From Perna viridis (taxonomy: Eukaryota): DNA of 64,000 nucleotides. How positions within the stretch are numbered: position 1 is the first letter of the stretch; the number at the start of each line of letters is the position of its first letter. The stretch covers positions 9,982,001-10,046,000 of the forward strand of contig CM074517.1 in NCBI GenBank assembly GCA_037379345.1. Direction: 5' to 3'. The translations under genes were made by a program, and so were the position numbers. The notes beneath the pieces were generated by a model. It saw only the letters and a list, made by a program, of their open reading frames with translations, was not told the origin of the DNA and ran no database searches. Below are positions 11,770 to 23,976 of this stretch, one piece after another.

Positions 11770-14700
11770 CTTTTTTTGACTTGGTTATTCTGTATCTAGA
11801 TGGCCCTGTTTTAGGAATGTTTCTCATTGGTTTGGTTGGACTTGGAGTCCTCTCAACTGATGTTCTGTCCCTTGCCTTGTTCAGACTGCTCATTGTAGGT
11901 CTTGTCAATGAACTGGTTCTTGATATGTCAATAGATTTCGGCCGAGACTTTGTTGGAGCTGGTTTTGTATCAGTTGTTGTTTCTGGTTTTGATTTTCGAG
12001 TTGTGTCTCTTGATGATCTTGTGGTTGTTGGTTTTGTTGTCCTTGATGATGTTGCAGAGGATACTCTACTAGTAGAAAAGCTACGCTTTTCAGTAGTTGT
12101 TTTTGTGGAGGGAAGTTTTGTGTCTTTCTTGAGTGTTTTGTCCTTTTTAGTCTCACTTGTAACATCCTTTTTGATGGTATCAGTTTTTGCAAACTTAGTT
12201 GTCTTTTTAGTGGTGGTCTTTTCAATTTTCTTCAAAGAACTTGTTGTTTTATTGTCAATGTCTTTTTTCACTTCTTTTTCCTGTAATATTTTAACACTTT
12301 CCTTCTTTTCTGTTGATTCATCTGGTGAAACTTCTGCTTGTTTTTCACTCTCAATAAGATTAAACCCTGCCTTTGTCTCCTCTTTTTCAGGAGATTCATC
12401 AGAAGCAGAATGGCTTATTCCATTTTGGAAGGGATGGGCAACATCATCATTATCAGGTGTAGCTTCCTCAGAGGCAGAATGAGATATTCCATTTTGTAAG
12501 CAGGGTTGATATGTTTCTATGGTTTCACTTTGGTCTGTGGATTCATCAACTAAAGATGAGGACATAAGATTTTTCTGATTCTCCTGTTCAACATACATGT
12601 CTTCACTGGCTGGAGACTGTACCATATCATCTTGAGATAGTGGTGACTGGATGGCAGAGTCTATTTCTCCATAGCTATCACTGGGAGTCTCTGGGCTCTG
12701 AACATCAGCTGTTCCTTCTACCTCTTGTTTCTCTACTACATCAGTTTGAACATCAATAGTCTTCAGCTCCACTTTATCTGAGATAGTTTCATCCTCAATT
12801 TGACCATTGACTTGAGGTAAACTTTGACTATACTGTAAGACATCCTTATCAATTCCATTCACTTGTTTTTCCTCATCCATAATCAATGCTAATTCTGTTT
12901 GAGGAATCATTGGTTTTGAGACTTGTTCTTGTACTCCATCAATTGGAAGTTCTTGTTCTGGGGATATTTCTGGAGTTGATTGTTCAAATTCCTCCTCAAC
13001 TCCACCAAACTTGTCGTCACCAAAAGTTTCCCCTTCCTCTAGTACAAATGAGCCTTCCATACCGGACTCCCGCATTTGTTCTGTTGGAACTTCATCTTCT
13101 GGGGATATTTCAGGAGTAGACTGCTCAAATTCTCCTTCAACTTCTCCAAACTTTTTGTCATTAAATGTTTCTCCCTCCTCTAACACAAATGAGCCTTCCA
13201 TGCCAGACTCTCTCTTCTCTGCTGGGGGAACTTCATCCTCTGGTGAAATTTCAGGAGTTGATTGTTCAAATTCTTCTTCAACCTCACCAAAATTTTTATC
13301 ATCAAATGTTTCTCCCTCCTCTAGAACAAAAGACCCTTCCATACCAGATTCTCTCTTTTCCATTGGTGGGATCTCATCTTCAGGAGATACTTCAGGAGTT
13401 GATTGTTCAAATTCTCCCTCTGCATCTCCAAAATTTTTATTATCAAAAGTTTCTCCCTCCTCTAAAACGAAAGAGCCTTCCATTCCAGATTCTCTCTGAT
13501 TAGTTGGAATTTCATCCTCTGGTGAGACCTCTGATGTCAATTGTTCTTGAACCCCACCAGCAATCTTGTCATCATCAAATGTTTGACCCTCATCTAATAC
13601 TAAAGATCCTTCCATTCCTGACTCAACCTTCTTACCAGATGGTAACTCATCTTCTGGTGAAATTTCTGGTGTTGATTGAATAAATTCAGATGATTCCTCT
13701 TCCAAGCCAAATGTTTTGTCTTCCAAAGTTTCTCCCTCATCAAGAATAAAAGAACCCTCCATTCCAGTTTCCCTTTTCTGATCCTCAGTTATATCAACAT
13801 CAGGGGAACTGTCTTGAGCATACTGATCAGGAATACTTTGACCTTCCTCGTCCTTTTTGTTATCAAATGACTGACCATCTTCTAAGCCCTCCACAGCTGT
13901 CCCTTGTATTGGGTTAGCTGGTATCTCAACCTCAGGTGATGACTCTGGAGTGGACTGGACATATTCTCCATCATCTTCATCAAAATTTTTATCATCGAAA
14001 GTTTCACCTTCATCAAGGACAAATGATCCTTCCATTCCAGATTCCCTCATTTGCTCAGGCATCTGGTCTTCTTGTGACATTGATCCTTGGGTAAGATCAT
14101 CATCCTCTTCTTCCTCTAGTTGACCAGGCATTAAGTTTGCAACTGGCTCCATAGGCTCAGCCAACTGAGAAGTTGGTGCATGAGCTTCATCAACTGGTTG
14201 CTTGGAGATTTCATCTAAGTTTTCAAATGCATCTTTATGGTCAAGAGCTTTCATATCTGTAGAATCTAAGCTCCCAGATACATCTTTATGGTCCATAACA
14301 TTTAAATCTGTGTTTACAACAGAATCCCCATGTGAAATATTATCACAAGTCATATCATGTTTATCATAAGAATCAGATTCTTTTTCTAGATTCTGTAGCT
14401 GATCCTCTTGTAAAATATGAGGCTCAATAATGTCCTTTTCTTGAATCTCATTTTCAATTTTTTCCTCTTCTGAATCTTCAGAATCATACATTTGACCTTG
14501 ATCTTGTCCTTGAACATCATCCATATTTGATCCCATTAAGTCTGTTTCATTAGACTGAATACCATCATTAATCATTTCATCCTCAGATTCAAAGTCATCA
14601 ACTTGAACTTCAGGTTCAGGTTTAACAACATTCAAGATTGTTGGTTCAGGCTCTCTGTCTGTCATTTCATCTGCAGGCGTTAGCTCCTGACCTTGACCTA

Positions 14701-17011
14701 GAGCTTCTTCTACATTAGCTCTCATTAAATCCACTTCATTGGGTAGAAGATTTTCCTCTATCATTTCATCATGAGTGTCAATAACTTGACCTTGACATTT
14801 AGAATCTTCTATGTCAGCATTTGATACATTGGTATCACTTGACTGTAGCACACCATGTGCATATGAATCTAATTGTTGACCTTGAACTTCAAAATCATCA
14901 GTTTTTGTACCCATTAAGTCTAAATCATTTGACTGAGGCTCAATACAAGCCAGTTCATCCTTTGTTGTTACACTATGACCTTCAACAAGTTTTGGACTCA
15001 GTATGTCTAACTCATTTGACTGTGGCATAACATCTACAACTTCATCCTCTGGTTTTAAAACATGACATTCAGTGTTTGCATCCAATAAGTCTAAATTATT
15101 TGAATGTTGATCATTATCTGTAATATGATTTTGAACTTCAGGTTCATCGAAATTTGAATCCATTAAAGCATTGGAATTTTGTTCACCTTCATCCATTTCG
15201 TCTTCACTTTGTTCTGGATTAACATTGTGAAAACTATGATCCTGAACAATATTGTTAGTATCCTTGTCATCAACAGCATATGTTTCTATTGTATCATTCT
15301 GTAGTTCTTGTTTCTTTGATTCTGTGGCTTCCAAAGCAGCTTGCTGAAAACCCATGACGAGGCTCTCTCGACCTGGATAATCATCTATTTCTGTTCCCAT
15401 AGAAACTGCTGTTTGTTTCTGTGTCACAGGCAAAGTGTCCTCCATTTCTTCTTCCTCATATTTCTCCTGTATTGTCTGACCTGTTACTATTGGAACATCT
15501 GTTTGGTCCACTGCAGAGGGTTCAGTCTGAGATATAGAATCTCCTTGCTGATCATCAGTAAGAAGATTCAGGTCTGTTATGTTTTTTTCTTCTGGAACTG
15601 GCTGACTATCAAATTCTTCATCATCAGAGTTTTCAGATTCTTCCATTAATGTTCCCTCCACTAAACCACTTATCTGAACCTGATCAGCCTTCTGATCTCC
15701 ACCGAAAGTTTGAAATTGAGATCCTCCATTCATTTTAGCAAGCTGATTTGGGTCAGGGGTCAGTGACCTTTCTTCAAGATCAGAGTCATCACTTTCTATT
15801 GTAAAAGTGCTACTTTTGGGAACACCTTGTGCTATTTCTGAAGATTGTAGATCTTCTGAATTATCTGTTACTTTTGCAGAAGCAATTTCTAATTGATTTT
15901 GTGAAGGAACTTTTTCAATTGCATCCTCCTTTTCATTTTTAACTACTGTCATTGGATTTGAATTGTTCAAATTGGAAGCCATAACTTCAGATATGACAGC
16001 TTCAGTTACATTCTGTCTCAAAGGATCAAAATCAGAAGTACTAGGGTCAAATGCCTGACATTTATCCTGGCTGATTTCCTCATTTTCCTCGTCAGATAAT
16101 TCCTCTTGTTCCTCTGTTTCATCATACTGAACATTCTTTGTGAATGCTTCCTCGATTTGAGAAAATCCAGATGCACCAATATTTGGATCCACATTATCTA
16201 AAACATTCTCAGTATCAGACCTCTCCTGACCAGGAGGTTTCTCTACTTCATTTTTTATTTCAGGAACAATATGTTCAAGTCCATTCTCACCCTTGTCTCC
16301 TCCATCAGATTCATCACTGTACTCACTTTCCTCTGAATCAACATATTCATCATCATAATTTTCATCACCTTCATTGTAAAAGTCATTTTCTATAGCTTCT
16401 TCTGATTCTTGTAACTTATTTTGACTTTGAAAGTCTGAATCATCATAACTTTTTAATTCAGTTTCATTTGGATGTTTGATTTGATCATGATCCATGAACT
16501 CAGGTCGGGAAGCAGACACATCTGTCATCAAGAGATCAGGTGGTTGTGAAGGTTGTAAACACTCTTCATGATCAGATTGAGCAGATGGTTTTTCTGAAAG
16601 GTCGTTGGGATCAAGAAGGTCATCACTGTGGGTTTTGTTTGATTCTTTTGAAAATTCATTCACTTTAAGTAGATCGGGTTGAAATGGATTTCCAGAGCCT
16701 TCCAAAGAAGACTCATCTTCATAACTTTCATCTACTAGCATATTATCCTCATCATCATATCCTCGATTTGTATCTGAAAGACTTGAATCTAAAATTTCCT
16801 TTCCAACAAAGGAAGGACTGAAAGAACTCTGGTTTTGTGTATACATATGGCCATCATCTATCTGGTCTCCATGGTAATCATCATGGTAACCAGGCACTTG
16901 CTGATTTGCCATCTGATTGTTTAAAAGGTCACTTTGATTCATATCACAAGTAGTCATTTGACCTCCTAATACTGAAGGGTCACTTGAATCAAGTTCAAGG
17001 TTATCATCCAT
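11770..17011 (-). CDS. tau: tau-family gene, giant first coding exon (1747 codons + 1 nt): long acidic low-complexity projection domain then K/T/S/R-rich basic segment
   Basis: 5.2-kb uninterrupted ORF in AT-rich DNA; ATG context GCAATGG with an in-frame TAA upstream. Donor AAAAAAG|gttaac at 11770/11769 is phase 1 and joins exon 7640 (G+AT = Asp). Family assignment comes from the downstream repeat exon, so linkage is inferred from splice phase. Confidence 0.88.
12945..14053 (-). repeat. Coding tandem repeat, ~141 bp / 47 aa, 7 clear units and 1 degenerate unit (RESGMEGSFVLEEGETFDDKNFGEVEEEFEQSTPEISPEDEVP)
   Basis: Directly visible in the 1748-aa translation; the last four units are the most similar to each other. 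Confidence 0.95.
14485..15213 (-). repeat. Older degenerate coding repeat, ~30-35 aa (DEM...QSNxxDL[LM]xxxxDDxEVQGQ)
   Basis: Recurring SNNLDLL / SNELDIL / SNDLDLM / PNEVDLM / SNETDLM and QGQ motifs at roughly regular spacing. Confidence 0.65.
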
Positions 17012-17075
17012 TGCTAAATACTGTCTTATTGTTGTCTGTAGATCAAATTACTGGTATCCTGAAATGAAAGTAAAG
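17012..17075 (-). other. Splice acceptor and 47-nt 5' UTR part of the giant exon (exon starts at 17058)
   Basis: Minus strand tttactttcatttcag|GATACCAGTAA...TTAGCAATG: pyrimidine tract plus CAG, in-frame stop before the ATG. Implies upstream non-coding exon(s). Confidence 0.7.
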
Positions 17076-17136
17076 CAAGTATTATGAAATGTTCACAGCT
17101 AGTTATTTATTGAAAGGTCACAATGATGACCAAATA

Positions 17137-17324
17137 CTGTATAGATGCTTATTTTCACAGTGTGCTTATTTTGGCTTATTTTAGCTTTTTGCCTAAAAAT
17201 ACCAAAATAAATTCCTTATAATACTAAATGCACCCACCACAATAAAATATGGCGATATTTTTCGTATACATTTTTGGCCTGAAAATCACAAATTTAACAC
17301 CCACCAATAAAACCCACTGTACAG
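17137..17324. mobile_element. MITE, TA-CTGT...ACAG type
   Basis: TA|CTGTATAGATGCTTATTT ... AATAAAACCCACTGTACAG|CA; same terminal style as 44174 and 54157. Confidence 0.55.
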
Positions 17325-17965
17325 CATATTAATTCTGAGTAAGTCAAACCAGAGGAAATTCATATAATGTACTATACTGGGGTATATTTTACAACAGTGA
17401 TATATTTGTTTATTTAAGCACTTACACAAAAAAACAAAAAATAAAAAAACCTGATGATGTTTGTTTCTAAAGTTAGGAATTTATGCAATAATGATTACAT
17501 ATGCCAAAATAGAAACCTCTTAAATTCACCATGCTTCTTCCCATTAAAACTTCGAAATTTTACATGTACTAATTTATGTAGAATACTTGTTCCATGATAT
17601 TTCCAACTAATTTTAAAACATACAAATAGACACAGTACATTTATTAACAAATGAGTAATTCAATACACCATTAAAGCAGGGTCATCGTGTTAAGAAATAA
17701 TCATAGCTTGCACATCATTTCAAGTTAGGGAAATAATTTTTAATAATATAATGTTTGTGGTAAATATTGAAAATAATAGACAATTTCCAACTCATCATGT
17801 CAAAAGTACATATGGATGATAAAAAAATGGTAGAACTTCTCTTTAAAGTGATAAATGCAGCGCTATAAGAATTTCCTTGGGAGTATAACACTCTACATCA
17901 AAAGCAGGTATTAAACTTTTGAAGTCTACTGGACATATGTACAAATTCAATCATTTCCTGAACTA

Positions 17966-18554
17966 CAGAGATACCTTTCTAAACCAAAACCCTGTATAAC
18001 CTTAAATCCTGTCTTCACCTGAGGAAAGAATACCTGAAACCTGTCTAAACCAAACACTGAGTAATCTGAAACCTGTCTAAACCAAACACTGAATAACCTG
18101 AAAACCTGTCTAAACCTAACACTGAATAATCTGAAAACCTGTCTAAACCAAACACTGAATAACTTGAAAACCTGTCTAAACCTAACACTGAATAATCTGA
18201 AACCTGTCTAAATCAAACACTGAATAACCTGAAACTTGTCTAAACCAATCACTGAATAACCTGAAACCTGTCTAAACCAAATGCTGAATGACCTGAAAAC
18301 CTGTCTAAACCACACACTGAATAATCTGAAACCTGTCTAAACCAAACACTGAATAATCTGAAAACCTGTCTAAACCAACCACTGAATAATCTGAAACCTG
18401 TCTAAACCAATCCCTTAATTACCTGAAACCTGTCTAAACCAAACCCTGAATAACCTGAAAACCTGTCTAAACACTTTATAAAATCCTTTTATATCTTTGG
18501 TAATCAAACACCTGTGAATCAATCAAAGGTGTTTGATTTAGACAGGTTTCACTG
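17966..18554. mobile_element. MITE (TA-flanked, CAGTGAAACCTGTCTAAAC TIR; Tc1/mariner-pogo-like ends) with internal minisatellite
   Basis: TA|CAGAGATACCTTTCTAAACCAAA ... TTTGATTTAGACAGGTTTCACTG|TA; related copies at 21759, 31232, ~34080 and 54539. Confidence 0.8.
18034..18472. repeat. Minisatellite, 32-33 bp x ~14 (AACCTGTCTAAACCAAACACTGAATAACCTGA)
   Basis: Direct tandem array; the unit contains the MITE TIR core AAACCTGTCTAAAC. Confidence 0.95.
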
Positions 18555-21099
18555 TATTTTTTTAATTACACCAAAGACAATTACAGTTAGTACCCTGTGA
18601 CCTAATTCACTTTATTGTTTACATATCTATAATTACATCCCTTGTGGCTGTAGGCAGGTCAAGGAACATCATTACATTAGATGTAATTAATGTGTATCTT
18701 GTTACATCAAACTGATCAGAGTTTTTTGCTCTTGCAATTCAAGCTCAGAGCAATTTTCTGTAAATTAATGTAGAATGAATTGGAGCTACACATCAAATAC
18801 TTCCCATGGGGAGATAACCTAGAATCTGTTTTGTGATTAAACCTTTTTAAGTTCAGTCATTTAGTTCTGGGACTTACGTAATTACATAGAACAGAGAACC
18901 AGGATTCAGCTGAGGGATGTCATGGTTAAATAACTTTTGTGCTTCATTATATTGCAGTCAAATTAAACCTTGACTATCTTTAGAAACACTGGTTTTGAAG
19001 TAACTAAAACATCAGATTGAACTTGATGTCTAGCCATTACTCCACACATTAAAAAAACTCCTTTAGAGCAACAAACAGAAAGTAGAGGTCTGACAAACAC
19101 TGAAAAGGGAGATAACCATTACCTCATCTTGTCAATCCTCCCAATATAACAAAATATAAGATCCCACTACAAGATAGCAGCTTAAAAAGGGAAAATAGAA
19201 ATATCCACATTCAACGCAGTATGGTTACATTATCAATGAGCTTATCAATTACAACTGAAAAATACATCACTTAATTATTAAGCAATACAGAAAAAAAATA
19301 AAATACTGCTCATCTTCAAAAACTAAAGAGGATAGTTATTTCAGTCCAACAGAAGCAAAGAATCATTTCCCTCTAAGTCCTCAGACTGGTTCACAGAAGT
19401 AATAAATGGTATGGTTAGCATAAGTCACAATGTTCCTACTCAAAACAAGACAAGAGCAAATGACTTTAAATAGTGCATACATAAGAGAAAATTTTCAATA
19501 AAAATATCAGAATGTGACTGAAAAATCATAATAAAATTTCAAAGTCTGAAAATCTTAGTGTCAGGATTTATCATATGAATGCATGACATAAATTGTGGTA
19601 TGTTCAGTGAAAATACTTTTTTTTTGCGATAAATCTTGTTAAGTGAAATATTATATGTTCAGTAGGTCTTAAATATAGATTCTATTCCCAATGTCATTTT
19701 CTAGGTGAAAATTAACATTTTGTATGGAATTCAGATGACCCTCAATGAGTATATGTTACTAGAGGCAAAAAACCACTGTTGCATTAAACTTTTTCTCTGA
19801 CATATTCCAGTAACAGGTTTTGACAATGGTTAGATTAATCCAATGAATGGTACCCTATCAAACCACATTATACAAATGTCACTTTATCTGTAACATTTTC
19901 TCTCAACAGGTATCAAAACTAAACTTAAAATGGGTGACTGACACTAAACTTAGAGAGTAGCGGAACCATATTCAAAGTATGCCATGAAACACAAACCAGT
20001 GACATACATGTTAATGAGTATTTTTGGCTATGATCTGTAAAATCCTGAATTTGGTGATATTTTTAACAAAGGTATTATGGAGTGATTTTCATATATAGAG
20101 TGCAGTCATATTATGTAAAAAATACAGAGAATCTGTCATGGTAAAGACCTCTGTACTTAACCAGCTTATTAATAATATATTTTCCTATTTGATATAACCT
20201 TGGTGATACAAGATGTTCTATCATCTATATATGTGATATAAGATAATCTTTAGTCAAAAATACTTTCCAAGGCATCATAGTGAATAAGATAAGGGAAACT
20301 CAATGTAACGTCTGCCACAATGTATGGACTGTGAAGTCATGTTATAGTGATGTTCAGGATTTTTTTTTTTCATAAAAACTACATGTTTTCTCATACGTCA
20401 GGACATTTTTAAAGTTTTCCTTTAATATATAAACTTACTATAAATATCTAAGAGTAGGAAAAACCAAATGTACCATATTGTCTTGACAGTTGCATACATC
20501 TCTACACGCGTCAATTTCATAAAAAGTCGTAAGTGTGAAATTGATTGTAAGTTATGATGTCACAATGCTATTTTCAGTTGTGACGTCATTACTTACGATT
20601 AACTTTAAAATTTTGACTTTCAGCAAATTGATACCAGGACACTTAATTTTGTGTTCTATAAATTGAAGTACTACAGGTAGTTGTGAAAGTGATATAATAA
20701 TGTACAGTATAGTTTAAGATGGAAAAGCAGTTAGTAAGGTTTTCTTACATTTCTGTTTTAATAACATTAATATTACCATACAAAATTACAGCACTGTAAA
20801 ATCCAAATATTTTGCCTTAAGTTACCATGAAAATTAGGAACATTCACAGGCATTTGAAATCTTACACCAAGTGTAATTAAATATACTGCTTACCTATGTA
20901 GATGTGTGTAAAGCCGCATTAAGATAAAGGAACAAAAGAGCAGTGACTATGTTCGCCTTTTCCAAATAACCCCCATATTTTCATTTATTTGAAAAATATA
21001 CCATATGCATCATTTCTTAGCAAGCAGCTGTCAAATTGACAGCAAACCGGATCTGAAATTATTAAAACTAGGACTTTGAATGATTAATTAGTTGCAACT

Positions 21100-21600
21100 C
21101 AAACATGACAGCAGTGAAAGTCCCTATATTTGTAACAATGAAGGCCCCCACTTGGAAACATCAATAGCAATTATTCGTAAAAATCAAACTTTGCTTCATT
21201 TCATCACATGAAACATGAAAAATATATCAAAATATGAAAAGAATCTGACAAGTACTTTCCAAGATATTACACAGACAAAGGTCATAAGACCTATTTTTGC
21301 ATTAAAAATGGCCACCACTTGGAAACAACTAAAGCAATTTTTTGTAAAAAATCAAACTTGACCTTCATTTTGTCAAATTAAACAGTATATCCATGTTTGA
21401 AAAGAATCTACCAAATATTTTTAAAATTATTGCACAGACAATGGTAATAGTCCCAATTTTGCAAAAAAAATGGCTACCACAGCAATATTTGTAATATTCA
21501 AATTTGACTTTCACTTTGTCACATTAAATGATATATCCAAGATTGAAAAGAACCTGCTGAATACTTTTCAAGTCATTGCTGCATGGACAATTTTAAGCAG
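21100..21600. repeat. Dispersed repeat with 2-3 diverged ~170-185 bp tandem cores (AATCAAACTTGACCTTCATTTTGTC...TTTGAAAAGAATCT)
   Basis: Three similar blocks at ~21180, ~21350 and ~21500. Resemblance to bivalve pearl/HINE-type non-autonomous elements is an inference. Confidence 0.55.
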
Positions 21601-21758
21601 CCCTCCACCCTGCATGGACAATTTTAAGCAGCCCTCCACCCTGCATGGACAGAATAATTAAATGAAATTCTTGCATGATTCAAGTCAGTTATTTGTTGAT
21701 GAATTATTTTACTTGTCAGTAATACCATATGTCTCTAAGACAGTTTTAGAGCCGAATA

Positions 21759-21985
21759 CAATGAAACCTGTGTAAATCAGACCCTGAATAAACCAGAGTC
21801 TCGTATAAATCAGACCCTGAATGAACCAGAGTCCTGTCTAAATCAGACCCTAAATAAACCAGAGTCCTGTCTAAATCAAACAATTCTCTCTAAGTCACTT
21901 TTTGACAATTTCAGTGTAGTTTTAATCTCAGTAAACTGAACAAAACCTTCAATTCCAAAAAGTTAGGTATAGAGAACTTACATTG
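21759..21985. mobile_element. MITE of the CAGTGAAACC family with ~3 internal ~34-bp units
   Basis: TA|CAATGAAACCTGTGTAAATCAG ... TTACATTG|TA; units TAAATCAGACCCTGAATAAACCAGAGTCCTGTC. Confidence 0.65.
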
Positions 21986-23976
21986 TATATCTGTTATAGT
22001 TTTATCTTCAAACTCCTATGGCAATATTCTATTACATAACACAATCACTTTTAGATACATGGTCTACTTATATGTTGATCACCATAGTAACAAGGGAAAA
22101 TAGGCGTTCAAACATTAATAATTTTTTATAATGTTCCATCCACCGATCACATGTTAAGTTGGAAATTTACTGAATGACAACAAGTTTAATTGAGTTTTGT
22201 CGCTCATGTAAGCTCAGACAAACAGAAACTGACATTATCTGTCCAAATTAAGTCTGCACGCAAGACAATTTTCCAGATAACATATGGCTTAAGTATATGT
22301 TTAAATGTCTGATTAGTTCCACAATAATGCATGGTTTTGTCACAGAATGTTTGGTCAATGTTTTTATTTCTGTATTATTCACTGAACCAAGTTATAATGG
22401 TTAAATTCCATTTGTTTTAAGCTTAAGGTTGCATACAAAATGTCATCAACATAAACAAGCTTATCAGCCTCATTTCTAAAGTAAACACACTAAAGATGCT
22501 TGTAAATCAATATAGTTACAATCTACAGATCTGTTTCAAAGGAGAATTTTCAAGTAAAGTTAAATAAACTCCAATACAATTGTCATTGAACGATGGTAAT
22601 AGCTCACATTGATCCTTCACAGAGTTGAATAAAACAAGAACTGTAAATAAGCACACAGAGTGATACCCCATTAGCAATATGTATGAAATTTTTGTTGGAT
22701 AATCTCCCTTTGCAAATTTCCAACAACAATTATCTATACATATAACCTCTATCCTTAATGTCAAGTTTCATTGATGTCTATTGAAGAGTGAATGATGTGA
22801 GGGGCTTACAGCAAGCATGGCAGACAGACAAAGTGATTCTAATATTGCCCCACTTGTCTGCAAGTGGTGGAAAAAAAGAAAGAACTCCGATTTAACATCA
22901 TTTGAATAAAAAAAACTCAACCAAACAGACACAACAGAACTCAAGACATCATAGAACAAGAAATAGAAAATTAGGTACAAAAAGTTGAAAATATAGATTA
23001 AGTCCATAATTTAAAATAATTTACAAAATATCAATGCATGTAATGCCTACCTCAGTGTCTATGAATAACAAAACATTAGATCAGAATATCAGTTTCTATG
23101 CATAGATACAAATCAATGAATGCAAGGCTGTATAAAACTGTTCATATCTAAATATAGAAACTGAACGCATAAGATCTTGGAGACAATTCCTAATACAGAT
23201 GAAAATGTCAGAACTATTGGTTTGGTGCCGGTTGCATGCAACTTATAATTATTTCAAGAAGCTTTTATACAATACCTTTAAAAAATAATTTAACTGCATT
23301 TTAATGAAGTAGTTAATTACCATGCTAATCAAACATTATGGAAGCAAAGGCCAAGTATGAAAAATTGTTTGTTTGCTCAAATTGTCTGAAGTTTTTAAAA
23401 AATCATGCTGTTTCAATTTTTCAAGCAGAAATGGAACTTCCAAAAGGAAAAAAATATGTATCTATAGAACAGAAGTCACTCTGGTTAGTAGGAAACTCCA
23501 GAATGACAACAACCACATTTAACAGCATCAAGTTAAATACCAAATATACCTAATGAAGATTTCCCAAGTTTTTGTTAACAAAAGGTAATGGATAAGAAAG
23601 TTGTATGTGCACACAGACAGACAGATGTTAAACTTAATGGCATTATAATACAGTCATATCTATCTCCTCCTAAGACAACCCATACATCTGACTACTAGTA
23701 ATAAGTCTTATCATGACAAAAACACATTTTTAACCTTCAACTAAGCCCTCTCTTGTGTCAATCTGTTGATTTTAAAAAATAACAACTTAAAATTATGAAG
23801 AATTTGATTGATTTTGAGTATTTATTAAGAGAGGGCTGTTTGTGTAACAGTATTATGTAATAATGTCTGAGAAGATTTATTCGATCTATTTTCCAGAAAT
23901 CAATGTTTTCCTCTGAATACTTCTGAATTTGTCTATAGTTATGAGAAAATAAGACTCAATGAAATATGTTATTGGA

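Noticed and set aside
11781-16395. Plus-strand ORFs (233, 162, 112, 102 aa etc.) overlapping the giant exon
   Set aside because: Antisense shadows of biased K/T/S/E codon usage; their hydrophobic or Ser-rich composition is what the reverse complement predicts.
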